64,000 bases of DNA from Promethearchaeota archaeon (GTDB lineage Archaea > Asgardarchaeota > Lokiarchaeia > Sigyniarchaeales > SOKP01), in contig JAEOTR010000019.1 in the NCBI GenBank assembly GCA_016839705.1, forward strand, positions 32,001 through 96,000, read 5' to 3'. A program made the translations under genes and the position numbers. The notes under the pieces were generated by a model. It did no database searches. It saw only the letters and a list, made by a program, of their open reading frames with translations, and had not been told where the DNA came from. Below are positions 19,612 to 29,376 of the stretch, piece after piece; the first letter of the stretch is position 1, and each line of letters begins with the position of its first letter.

Positions 19612-20346
19612 TTGATTTATATATTTTTTAATATTAATTTTTTTACTTTCATTACTTACTTAATCCTAGTGATATATAAAGAATTAGAAGCATTATTTGA
19701 AAGCTCTACAATTAAACCTTCATTTGAGGAAGTTCATGTTATATTGAGTTTATTTATATTTGATGAGCATCGGGAAGGAATTGGAAGATATCGCTTACAG
19801 AAAGAATTATTAATTGGTGAAGGAACAGCTAAATCCTTAATTAAAAAACTTAATGAAAAAACAAGATTTTTAATTGTAACTGACAGAGGGAAACGAAAAG
19901 GACATATACTTACAGAAAAAGGGAATAATTTTTTAATTGAAATTAAGAAGAATATACCGATATTAAGAGAAGGAGATCTATCTATGTTGAGGAGTATTAT
20001 AATCATCGAATCGTCCAACATTAACCCATACTTTTGTTTAATAAAAAGCGCTGCAGAAAATATTACAAATGGAATTGAACAAAGAGATGCTGCAATTAAA
20101 GTTGGAGGGAGCGGTGCAACTTGTCTTATTTATAATGGAAAAAATTTGGTATTTCCTTCACGTTTAGATTCCGATGATTCCTTTAATATCATAAAAGATG
20201 ATATTCTTAACTATTTTAAAAAGGAGATTACCAAAAACAAAATTAACTTAGAGAAAAATGATGTTATCATTATTGGTTTAGGAGAAAATACACAAAAGTC
20301 GAGATTGGCAGCATTAAATTCTGCCCTAACATTGATAGGAAGTTAG
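19612..20346 (+). CDS. DUF4443/DUF2111-type winged-helix protein (true start probably downstream, near 19669)
   Basis: IGRYRLQKELLIGEGTAKSLIKKL HTH and GIEQRDAAIKVGGSGA. Confidence 0.75.
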   Translation: MIYIFFNINFFTFITYLILVIYKELEALFESSTIKPSFEEVHVILSLFIFDEHREGIGRYRLQKELLIGEGTAKSLIKKLNEKTRFLIVTDRGKRKGHILTEKGNNFLIEIKKNIPILREGDLSMLRSIIIIESSNINPYFCLIKSAAENITNGIEQRDAAIKVGGSGATCLIYNGKNLVFPSRLDSDDSFNIIKDDILNYFKKEITKNKINLEKNDVIIIGLGENTQKSRLAALNSALTLIGS

Positions 20347-20362
20347 AGGTTATTAGTAATTT

Positions 20363-20860
20363 ATGAAGAGAGAAAATGATATAAAGTTAATCCTCCCATT
20401 AAGCATTGTAGAGGAATTAAAAACGTGTAATAGAAAGGCATTACCAATAGAATCGTGTGGATTAATTTTCGGAGAAATTGCTGAAGTTGAAATTAATCTT
20501 GAAAAGCGTCAAATTCATTATAGAGGAAAGCGATTTTATTGTATAAAATCAAATGTTGAATCTTTAGGATCTTTTAATTTAATCCAGGATTCAGATAAGT
20601 ATTTTGAAATACATCAAGAAGCTGTGATAAGAAATAAGTTAAGAATGATAAGTATTTTTCATTCTCACCCGGTTCCGGCATATCCAAGTTCTATCGATGT
20701 AGAGAATATGAAATTCCTCGATAAAGATATTGGGAAAGTTAAAAATCCATTTAAAAATCAAATTTGGACGATAATGAATATGGAAACAGAAGAAATTAAC
20801 GGGTTTATTTATTTTAATGAAGAATTAATGCAAATTGATTTACAAATACGAAAGAATTAG
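20363..20860 (+). CDS. JAB1/MPN+ (JAMM) metalloprotease
   Basis: ESCGLIFG...FHSHP..AYPSSID, matching E-x(n)-HxH-x(7)-S-x(2)-D. Confidence 0.9.
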   Translation: MKRENDIKLILPLSIVEELKTCNRKALPIESCGLIFGEIAEVEINLEKRQIHYRGKRFYCIKSNVESLGSFNLIQDSDKYFEIHQEAVIRNKLRMISIFHSHPVPAYPSSIDVENMKFLDKDIGKVKNPFKNQIWTIMNMETEEINGFIYFNEELMQIDLQIRKN

Positions 20861-20874
20861 TGTAAAAAAACAAT

Positions 20875-21516
20875 TTATTGAACCTGTTTATAACCAGCCT
20901 GATCTATGGTACATAATTGAATCGCGAAACCACTACCCGCATCCCTCTCTTTTGAACTTGTGATTGCAGTTTTTATTAACTCTACTCCATCTGATTTAGA
21001 CATGTCTGGCTTCCAATCCGCTTCTAACACTCCTAATGAAAAAGGTGAGCCTGAACCGAAGGATATAAAACTGTCCTCTTCATACAAGGTTCCTAACATG
21101 TCTATACCATAGAGTTTACCTAATTTTTCCGTTTGTGAATAACCACCAACAATCATCATGCTCATGAAAAAACTTCTACCACTAAATAGTATATTGCGGC
21201 AAACGCTAGCCATATATTTAGGACCAGGAACTACTTCTTCCTCTACTTCCTTTATTTTTGAAAGAGCCCGTAATTGGTTTACAACATACTGACAGTCTGC
21301 AACCCCTCCGGCGATGGTAGCTGCTGTAAAATTATTAATTTCAAACAATTTCTGAGCTTGTTTTGAGGCAACGAGAAAACCTCCAGACGCTTGGCTCTCG
21401 GTACCAATCACTACACCATCTTTAACGATGATTCCAACTGTGGTTGTGCCCGTTTGAATAGCTTTAGCAAGTTCCTTTTCATTGATAATGTGATTATTTA
21501 TATTATTATTTATCAT
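20875..21516 (-). CDS. psmB: Proteasome subunit beta
   Basis: Propeptide then TG|TTTVG, AGGVAD, GSGSPF, RDAGSG. Confidence 0.95.
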   Translation of the reverse strand: MINNNINNHIINEKELAKAIQTGTTTVGIIVKDGVVIGTESQASGGFLVASKQAQKLFEINNFTAATIAGGVADCQYVVNQLRALSKIKEVEEEVVPGPKYMASVCRNILFSGRSFFMSMMIVGGYSQTEKLGKLYGIDMLGTLYEEDSFISFGSGSPFSLGVLEADWKPDMSKSDGVELIKTAITSSKERDAGSGFAIQLCTIDQAGYKQVQ

Positions 21517-21698
21517 TTTTTTCTAGGTAATATCTGTTATAATCAATAACTAAAGATTGATATGTTATGATAGATAAAAGTTATTTCTATATTTATTTTT
21601 CCTTAATAGATCATAATTTAGTTCGCATTTTAAAAAAATTTTAAAGATATCGTTCGTTATCAATAACATTCAGTAAAAATCTTTTTAGTTATAATACC

Positions 21699-22082
21699 AT
21701 GGCAAGGTCTCACGCGAGGAGCAAACGTAAATATACCGGAAAGAAATATAGGCATTTTAGGAAGAAAAGAAAAAGAGAACTTTCTCGCCCTACAGTAGAT
21801 ACGGTTGTTGGGGAGGATAAGAAAAAAAAGCAAAGAACTCTTGGTGGAAATGCTAAGATTAAATTATTTTCTACAAATTTTATAAATGTGACTGACCCAA
21901 ATACTAATAAGACGTCAAAAGTTAGAATCTTAGGATTTGAAAGTAACGCTGCTTCAAAAGATTTGAATAGAAGACATATTTTAACAAAAGGAGCAATTGT
22001 TGAGACTGAATTAGGGAATGCAAAAATAACTAGTCGACCAGGACAGCATGGTACCCTTGATGGGATTCTTATTTTAAGTTAA
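21699..22082 (+). CDS. rps8e: 30S ribosomal protein S8e
   Basis: RKYTGKK...KKRKREL, RTLGGN, TKGAIVETELG, TSRPGQHG. Confidence 0.97.
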   Translation: MARSHARSKRKYTGKKYRHFRKKRKRELSRPTVDTVVGEDKKKKQRTLGGNAKIKLFSTNFINVTDPNTNKTSKVRILGFESNAASKDLNRRHILTKGAIVETELGNAKITSRPGQHGTLDGILILS

Positions 22083-22099
22083 AATTTGATAAATTATTC

Positions 22100-22471
22100 T
22101 TATTCTTGAATTTTAATATTTTTAACGTTGGCTTTTTTACCTTCAGTTATCTCAGTATTATTACTTCCACAATGCGAGCATTGAAATAATTGTAATCCCG
22201 TTAATTGAGCCTCTTTTGTTATAGAAACGACGGTGTCTTTATTACACTCTCGACATTTAATTTTACCTGGAGTCATTTTGATTGTTAATTTAGCTCCTTC
22301 GGCAATTGAGCCTTTAGTAGCCATCTCAAATGATCGCTGAAGTAGTTCAGGTACAATAAGAGTTAATTCACCAATTTCTAGAAGAACCTCTGTTATTTTT
22401 TTGGCTTTATACTTAATTGCCGTAGCCTCAGCTACTTTAAAGATGTTATAAGCGAATGAAAATTCGTGCAT
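22100..22471 (-). CDS. hypA: Hydrogenase nickel incorporation protein HypA
   Basis: MHE N-terminus, IGELT, and two CxxC motifs. Confidence 0.95.
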   Translation of the reverse strand: MHEFSFAYNIFKVAEATAIKYKAKKITEVLLEIGELTLIVPELLQRSFEMATKGSIAEGAKLTIKMTPGKIKCRECNKDTVVSITKEAQLTGLQLFQCSHCGSNNTEITEGKKANVKNIKIQE

Positions 22472-22480
22472 GATAATCCT

Positions 22481-22777
22481 TTAAGATTTTGAGTGTAATT
22501 TCCTAATTTCCTTAGCAACTTCAAGCAATATTTTAGATTTTTTCTTTCCTTTTGCGTCTAAAACTACCCTACCCGGATCATCCCACCATGTTCTAGAATA
22601 TTTATATCCTTGTTCAATAGTCGCATTGTATCCTAGATTCTTCGCTGCTTTGGCAATATCACTAGTAGTAACTTTATCTAGCGCAAATTTTTTTGGCAAT
22701 CTTCTCCCTTTACTTCGACTTCTCTTCCCATCAAAGTATTGTGGCCAGAAAATTAAGAAGGGTTTTCGTAATCTCAT
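22481..22777 (-). CDS. srp19: Signal recognition particle 19 kDa protein
   Basis: WPQYFD..RSRSKGRRLPK, KYSRTWW..PGRV, KSKILLEVA. Confidence 0.95.
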   Translation of the reverse strand: MRLRKPFLIFWPQYFDGKRSRSKGRRLPKKFALDKVTTSDIAKAAKNLGYNATIEQGYKYSRTWWDDPGRVVLDAKGKKKSKILLEVAKEIRKLHSKS

Positions 22778-22918
22778 AAAATTATCAAATGAGTGAGTTT
22801 TATAGGAAAAAACAATATGATAAAAAACTCTTTAACTAATATAAAAATTATTAGTTAAAATTATAGATTCCTCAGAAATAAATATTAATTAAGCACATTT
22901 ACTATTCCTTATAATAAT

Positions 22919-24487
22919 TTGGAAAAGAAACCCAACATGAATTTAAGAGAATTAGTGGAAAATCAAGCGAAAAAATACAAGAACAAGACCTTTTTGTTCT
23001 GGGAAGATTCTAAAATTTCATATTCTCAACTGAATGACTTAACTAATAAAGTAGCGAATTTTTTATATGAGTTGGGAATAAGAAAAGGAGATAAAGTAAG
23101 TGTTTACTTACCAAATATGCTTGAATATGTTTACCTTTATTTAGGCATTCCCAAAATTGGGGCAATTACTGGTCCGGTAAATGCTTTGTTTAAAACTCGA
23201 GAGGTAACATTCGTAATTGAACATTCAGAAGCGAAGGCTATAATAACAATCCCAGAACTCATGGATATAGTCAATGAAATAAGGAATGATCTTCCTAATT
23301 TGAAACATGTAATTGTAATAGGAGAACAAGTTGAGAATTCGCTTAACTTTTGGAAACTAATGGATAAAGCTTCAAATGATGCGCCTCCTAAGATAGAGAT
23401 TAATGAAAAGGAGGATATAGCAGCTATTCTTTATACGTCAGGTACTACCGGATTCCCTAAAGGTGTTTTACAAACTCATTTTAATATTCGGAGAAATGCA
23501 GAAATGACACGAGATTACCTAAATCCCACTGAGGATTTTCGATTTATGCTCATTTTACCGTTATTTCATGTCAATGCTCAAATTGTTACTGTTATGACTC
23601 CCTTCTTAGCAGGTGCTAGTTGTATTTTAACTCGTGGTTTTTCAGCCCAAACTCATTGGGAAACTGTAGCAAAGTATAAAGCATCAACCTTTAGTGCTGT
23701 TCCAACAGTGCTTTCTATCTTGCTTAAAATGCCACATGAAAATTTAGATTTATCTTCTTTAAAGTTTGTAGTTTGTGGAGCAGCCCCATTACCAGTAGAG
23801 GTATTTAGAGAGTTCGAAACAACTTTCAATTGTAAAGTTGTTGAAGGTTATGGTCTTACCGAAGGAACGTGTGTTTCTTCAGTAAATCCGTTACCCACGG
23901 AATCTGAAGATAGACGTAAAATAGGAAGTATCGGATTAGCTATACCCGGTAATGAAATGAAAATCGTAGATAATGAAGGTAATGATGTCCCTCCAAACAC
24001 TAAAGGGGAGATCCTTATTAAAGGTGATAATGTTATGAAAGAATATTTTAAAAATCCCGAAGCAAATGCTCAAACACTTAAAGATGGATGGTTATACACT
24101 GGAGATATAGGCCACATGGATGAAGATGGATTTTTCTTTATAACAGATCGTAAAAAAGATATGATAATTCGAGGTGGTGAAAATATATACCCAAGGGAAA
24201 TCGAAGAAGTCCTTTACTCACACCCGGATGTTTCTTTAGCAACGGTTATTGGAGTGCGAGATAAAATTTATGGAGAACTTCCTAAAGCGTTTGTAGTATT
24301 GAAAGAAGGAAAATCTACATCACCAGAAGAAATCATCGAGTACTGTAAAAAGAATCTTGCCAATTTTAAAGTCCCAAAATATGTAGAATTTAAAGAAGAC
24401 TTACCGAAGACACCTACAGGGAAAATAATGAAGGAACCATTAAGAGAAGAGGAAGAGCAAAAAACGGGGAAAATTTTCAATTCCTAA
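22919..24487 (+). CDS. Long-chain fatty acid--CoA ligase (ANL adenylate-forming family)
   Basis: YTSGTTGFPKG, EGYGLTE, TGD, DRKKDMIIRGGEN, LPKTPTGK. Confidence 0.92.
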   Translation: MEKKPNMNLRELVENQAKKYKNKTFLFWEDSKISYSQLNDLTNKVANFLYELGIRKGDKVSVYLPNMLEYVYLYLGIPKIGAITGPVNALFKTREVTFVIEHSEAKAIITIPELMDIVNEIRNDLPNLKHVIVIGEQVENSLNFWKLMDKASNDAPPKIEINEKEDIAAILYTSGTTGFPKGVLQTHFNIRRNAEMTRDYLNPTEDFRFMLILPLFHVNAQIVTVMTPFLAGASCILTRGFSAQTHWETVAKYKASTFSAVPTVLSILLKMPHENLDLSSLKFVVCGAAPLPVEVFREFETTFNCKVVEGYGLTEGTCVSSVNPLPTESEDRRKIGSIGLAIPGNEMKIVDNEGNDVPPNTKGEILIKGDNVMKEYFKNPEANAQTLKDGWLYTGDIGHMDEDGFFFITDRKKDMIIRGGENIYPREIEEVLYSHPDVSLATVIGVRDKIYGELPKAFVVLKEGKSTSPEEIIEYCKKNLANFKVPKYVEFKEDLPKTPTGKIMKEPLREEEEQKTGKIFNS

Positions 24488-24600
24488 GTTTTTTTTATTG
24501 ATAATTAAAGATAAATAGAATTCATGATTTTTCTTATCACCGCATTAAACTAGACTATAAAAAATACTTATACGTTAACTGATTGCTCGCATTTTCAAAA

Positions 24601-24704
24601 GGGAGGGTAGTCTAGCTTGGTATGATACTCGGCTGGGGGCCGAGAGATCGCTTAAGGTCTAAGCGATGAGGTAATGGTCGAGGGTTCGAATCCCTCCTCT
24701 CCCA
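24601..24704 (+). tRNA. tRNA-Pro(GGG) with a ~30-nt insertion in the variable region
   Basis: Acceptor GGGAGGG/CTCTCCC; anticodon stem CTCGG/CCGAG with loop CT-GGG-GG; T arm GAGGG-TTCGAAT-CCCTC; 35 nt lie between the anticodon and T arms. Confidence 0.88.
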
Positions 24705-24788
24705 TTCACAATCATTATAGTAAGATCTTGAATTTTTTAAATTCTTCTATAATATTGGTAGGTTTATAAGGTCATCCATACTAAGAAT

Positions 24789-26312
24789 CTAAAAATCAAA
24801 ATTTAATATTCTCGGTCTAGCATTAACCTCTTCTCTTAGTTTTTCAAACTCTCTTTCTAGTTTTAGTATTTCTTTTGGGTAGTTTTTGAAAAACCATTTA
24901 GGTTTGTTTTGGAGAAACATTCTTTCTACTAAAACATCATAATGTGATTTTCCTCTTAAGCTTGTGAGTTTTGAAATATCCTCAGATTTTAATTTACCTT
25001 TTTTAACTAAATCCATCCGTGCCATGAATTGATCTTTAAGTTTAATCCTTCTTAGAATTATTGAAATTGCAAAAGAAATCTTTTCCATGATTGATTCTAG
25101 TTTTGATTCGTCCATGTATTGAAATTCTTCAATTTGAAGCAAGAAATTTCGAATTTTTTTTATCATCGAACTCTTATTATAATAACTAACTACAACTTTG
25201 GGATTAATAATTTCTGACAAATACTTGATGACTCTATTTCTAATATCAAAATCTATGCGTATACTTGCCATTTCTTTTTCAAGTTTATCTAAAAATTTTC
25301 TCTTTAGGTACTGTTTGAATTTTATTACAATAGCTTCAGTTTCTTTCTGATCTGAGCAAATTTCAATGACTTCACCTTTAGGAGTAGAATAGGTGAATCC
25401 TAAACCCTCGGGGCCTGTTCCCCCAATCAGAACCATTGATAAACTATAAAAATTATAATTATCTTTATTCAAAATACTAGCTTTATGTTGCTTGATGATG
25501 TCGGGGTAAACAATATGGATTTCACGAAACCTTTGAAATCCACCTCTGTATATCCTATAATGGTCAATGGGACTAAATTCTAAAAATATCATGTCCTCCT
25601 GTAGACTGGTTACTTTTTGTTTTTCCTCAACTTTCTTAATAAAATCTTCTACGCGTCCTAAATTCCTAACAACTAAATCATAGATTGAGTACCCGTCGGT
25701 CCAGTTTCTTAAAGAATTTGGATTCATCAAAAATCTGTGTCCTCTGGGGTTTTTCAACATATCTCTTATCCACTTCACATAATCATAAGGCATTACTTTA
25801 CAGACATAATAAATTAACGAATCTGAGACAGTCCTAAATAATTCTTTTAAGTTGACAGCAAGTAATTTATCGTTATCTTTAATATATTGTATTATTTTTA
25901 ATTCTTCAGCGTTAAAATTTCTCTCGAATAAGTTGTATTTATTAAAAAAGCTAACAAGTTCAATAATTCTACTTCTGAGTCCATTTTTAAGACCATCTAT
26001 ATGTAATTCACTTATGATTCCCTCAACATCGATGTTGGAGACATCAATAAAGATACCTAGTTTATCAGAATAATCAAAAAGCTGAGCAACAACCTCTTTC
26101 GACTTAAAAAAGTTATCTTTCATTGAAATGAGGTGCTCTGATATCGCTTCATAATAAACTTTTTCAAGATTTGCTCTGAATTGATTATAGTTTTTCGAAT
26201 TGATAAGGTTGTAAGGTTGGTTTTCTGTAAATTGATCAACAAGGTTTATGAATTTAGAGATGGATTCCGATTTTAATGCCTTGATAAGTGCTTGAAATTG
26301 TGATGAATGCAT
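24789..26312 (-). CDS. Uncharacterised protein, paralog of 26476-27987
   Basis: 507-aa ORF sharing SMVLxGGxGPxGLGFTYSTPxGE and KLTSLRGKSHYDVL with its neighbour. Confidence 0.75.
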   Translation of the reverse strand: MHSSQFQALIKALKSESISKFINLVDQFTENQPYNLINSKNYNQFRANLEKVYYEAISEHLISMKDNFFKSKEVVAQLFDYSDKLGIFIDVSNIDVEGIISELHIDGLKNGLRSRIIELVSFFNKYNLFERNFNAEELKIIQYIKDNDKLLAVNLKELFRTVSDSLIYYVCKVMPYDYVKWIRDMLKNPRGHRFLMNPNSLRNWTDGYSIYDLVVRNLGRVEDFIKKVEEKQKVTSLQEDMIFLEFSPIDHYRIYRGGFQRFREIHIVYPDIIKQHKASILNKDNYNFYSLSMVLIGGTGPEGLGFTYSTPKGEVIEICSDQKETEAIVIKFKQYLKRKFLDKLEKEMASIRIDFDIRNRVIKYLSEIINPKVVVSYYNKSSMIKKIRNFLLQIEEFQYMDESKLESIMEKISFAISIILRRIKLKDQFMARMDLVKKGKLKSEDISKLTSLRGKSHYDVLVERMFLQNKPKWFFKNYPKEILKLEREFEKLREEVNARPRILNFDF

Positions 26313-26475
26313 AATTAAATAATAATTTAATGATAAAAGAGAATTTATAAAATAATTAAACTAGTGGTGTTGAAGATCATTATTTAATTTGATTAAAATA
26401 AGCATCTTCTAATTATTTATAGAGAGCTAAATAATAACATTCATCCCGATTTTCCACAATTTTATTAAAATCTTC

Positions 26476-27987
26476 TTATAATGTTAAAAATTTATTATTA
26501 AGTTCTTCTATTTCCTTAGCATAATCCTTGAAAAACCAATTTATTTCATTTTGAAAGAAAAATCTTTCCCTTAAAACATCATAGTGAGATTTTCCTCTTA
26601 GGCTTGTTAGTTTAGCGATATCCTCAGATTTAATTTTACCTTCTTCCACTAATTCCATTCGAGTTATGAACTGATCTTTCACTTTAATATCTCTAAGGAT
26701 TATAGAAATAGCTTCAGTTATTTTACTTAAAATCTTATCCCGTTCAGATTTATAATCATGTTGAAATTCATCAATCTGATAAAGAAAATTTTTGATCCTT
26801 CTTAAGATCCGATCCTTATCATAGTAGCTGATCAAATTTTTTGGATTAAGAGTTTTGAATAAATAATCTAACACGTTTAATCTTACATTTTCTTTAATAC
26901 CTAAATTCTCCATTTCTTTTTCTAATTTAGCTAAAAATTTTTTTTTTAAATACTGCTTATATTTTATAATTATAGCTTCATTTTCTTTTTGATCTGAGCA
27001 AATTTCAACGATTTCCCCTCTGGGGGTAGAATAAGTGAAGCCTAAGCCTTGTGGCCCTAAACCACCAAGAAGTACCATGGAGATACTGTAAAATTTATAC
27101 TTATCTTTTTCCAAAATTTTATCCTTGTTTTTTAAAATGGTCTCTGGATTCACAAAATGTTTTTTGATTTCATGAAATTCATGGTCCTCATCATCTCCAA
27201 AATAGAAAGTGCGATAAATGATATTAAATTCTAGGAGTTTCTTACTGCCATCATAGTTCTTTTCAAAGTTATCAATAAATTGTTGCACAGAACCCAGATT
27301 CCTTACACTCAACCCATACATAGCATACCAATCAGTCCATGTTTTTAAATAATTTAAACTGTATCTACCTCTCAATTCTGACCGATATTCATGATTATTT
27401 AGATAAAATCTTACTCTTTCTTTGTTTGATAAAAGAAGATCATAAGGCATAACTTTGCATGAATAATAAACTAATGAATCCGAGACATGCCCAAATAAAT
27501 CTTTTAAATTAGCAATTAGAGCTTTATCATTCTTTCTAATTGTGTTAATTATTTCTAATTCATCTTTAGAAATTTTTTTCTCAAATAAATTATATTTATT
27601 AAAAAATCGTATAAATACAAAAACCCTACCAATCAAACCTTTTTGCATACCATCCAAATGCAATTCTGCCATAATTTTAAATCTAAAGGGAATTTTTTTA
27701 ACTTCAAGAAATATCCCCATCTTATCAGACATATTAATCAACTGACTAAACTCATTAAATATTACTACTTCATCACCCGTACCTCTATAATAAGATAATA
27801 ATGTAAGCAATTTCGAAAGAGCTAAATAATAACATTTTTCTTTATTATCACTAATTTTTTCAAAATCTTCTGAATCATTCAGATTTAAGAATTCCATTTC
27901 TTTGTAGTAAAGGAAAAAGTCTTCAAATTGAGAGATATCTCCGGTTGTGATTGTTTTAATAAGTGCTTGTAATGTATCCGAAGGCAT
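26476..27987 (-). CDS. Uncharacterised protein, paralog of 24789-26312
   Basis: 503-aa ORF with the same conserved blocks along its length. Confidence 0.75.
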   Translation of the reverse strand: MPSDTLQALIKTITTGDISQFEDFFLYYKEMEFLNLNDSEDFEKISDNKEKCYYLALSKLLTLLSYYRGTGDEVVIFNEFSQLINMSDKMGIFLEVKKIPFRFKIMAELHLDGMQKGLIGRVFVFIRFFNKYNLFEKKISKDELEIINTIRKNDKALIANLKDLFGHVSDSLVYYSCKVMPYDLLLSNKERVRFYLNNHEYRSELRGRYSLNYLKTWTDWYAMYGLSVRNLGSVQQFIDNFEKNYDGSKKLLEFNIIYRTFYFGDDEDHEFHEIKKHFVNPETILKNKDKILEKDKYKFYSISMVLLGGLGPQGLGFTYSTPRGEIVEICSDQKENEAIIIKYKQYLKKKFLAKLEKEMENLGIKENVRLNVLDYLFKTLNPKNLISYYDKDRILRRIKNFLYQIDEFQHDYKSERDKILSKITEAISIILRDIKVKDQFITRMELVEEGKIKSEDIAKLTSLRGKSHYDVLRERFFFQNEINWFFKDYAKEIEELNNKFLTL

Positions 27988-28174
27988 GATTAAACGCTAA
28001 TAAAATAGGATTTTATATATTAAAATTTAATTCTAATTGATTATTAAAAATAAGATATTGTTGCTTTTTATTTAATTCGATTAGTTTTAAACATTTTTTA
28101 ATTATTATAAGTTTTTAAGGGTTGTTGATCTTTTTTTTATTTAAAAATTAATTAATATTAAATTGTGATTAGAC

Positions 28175-28474
28175 ATGAGTGAAATACAAGAAACAGATAA
28201 ATTAATGCGAATCGCAGCAATTATTGGTGGAATTGTTGCAATAGTAGAATCCTTTTTAGAATTAATAGGCTTTGGATTAATGCCATGGGGATTTGGTTGG
28301 ATAGGTGGACTTCTTGGACTCTTATTTGCGATACTAGTAATTCTCTTAGGGATTAGACCAATTCACTATGCACCAGTTTTTATAGGAATTTTAGGAATAC
28401 TATTGTTAATATTTGCAATTTTGATAGGAGGAATAATAATATTAATTGCGACAATATTAGGTGCTATTAGTTAG
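28175..28474 (+). CDS. Small hydrophobic membrane protein
   Basis: 99 aa, with 3-4 Gly-rich hydrophobic helices. Confidence 0.65.
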   Translation: MSEIQETDKLMRIAAIIGGIVAIVESFLELIGFGLMPWGFGWIGGLLGLLFAILVILLGIRPIHYAPVFIGILGILLLIFAILIGGIIILIATILGAIS

Positions 28475-28548
28475 CCAATTTTTACTTTTTTCTTTTTTTT
28501 TAATAAATCTCAATTTTGCTAATAGAAAGATATAATCGAGGTTAAAAA

Positions 28549-29373
28549 ATGGATTTAAACATTAATTCCACACAAAAATTGAATAATGGAGTAGATATTC
28601 CGTGTTTAGGCTTAGGAACTTGGGATCTTAGAGGTAGAGAAGCATATAAAGCAGTTTTATGGTCATTAGATCTAGGATATCGGTTAATTGATACTGCCAC
28701 ACTTTATGGAAATGAAAATGAAATTGGAGAAGCTTTGAAAGATACAAATATTCCTCGAGAAGAGATTTTTTTGACAACTAAAGTTTGGAATACCGATCAA
28801 GGTTATAATAACACATTAAATGCTTTTGAAAAGAGCTTAAAACGATTAAAAGTAGATTATATCGATCTCTATCTTATTCATTGGCCAGTTAGCGGTTTAA
28901 GAAATGATACATGGAAAGCGTTAGAAAAAATATATGAAGGTGGGAAGGCTCGTTCTGTGGGTGTGAGTAATTTTACTTCACAACATTTAAAAGAATTACT
29001 TGAATCTTCAGAGACAACTCCGGCCGTTAATCAAATCGAGTTTTCCCCATTTTTATTTCAAAAAGAATTAATGGATTATTGTAAAGCTAATAAAATTGTC
29101 GTAGAAGCTTATACCCCACTAACCCGAGGACGAAGATTTGGAAATATAATAGTAAAAGGTCTTGCTCAAAAGCATAAAAAGACTCCCGCTCAAATCTTAA
29201 TTCGATGGGGACTACAACATGAAATCATCGAAATACCAAAATCAGGAAATAAACAACATCTCCGAGAGAATGCTGAAGTTTTTGATTTTACTTTAGACTT
29301 AGAAGAGATGTCGCAACTTGATGAATTGAATGAAAACTATAGATTAGTTGATGACCCTCACTTGATTGACTAA
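28549..29373 (+). CDS. Aldo/keto reductase (DkgA-like)
   Basis: GLGTW, IDTATLYGNE, TTKVW, DLYLIHWP, GVSNF, IPKS. Confidence 0.95.
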   Translation: MDLNINSTQKLNNGVDIPCLGLGTWDLRGREAYKAVLWSLDLGYRLIDTATLYGNENEIGEALKDTNIPREEIFLTTKVWNTDQGYNNTLNAFEKSLKRLKVDYIDLYLIHWPVSGLRNDTWKALEKIYEGGKARSVGVSNFTSQHLKELLESSETTPAVNQIEFSPFLFQKELMDYCKANKIVVEAYTPLTRGRRFGNIIVKGLAQKHKKTPAQILIRWGLQHEIIEIPKSGNKQHLRENAEVFDFTLDLEEMSQLDELNENYRLVDDPHLID

Positions 29374-29376
29374 AAA

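Noticed and set aside
24601-28000. Integrated element at tRNA-Pro
   Set aside because: No integrase, no duplicated tRNA 3' end noticed, and no evident compositional shift.
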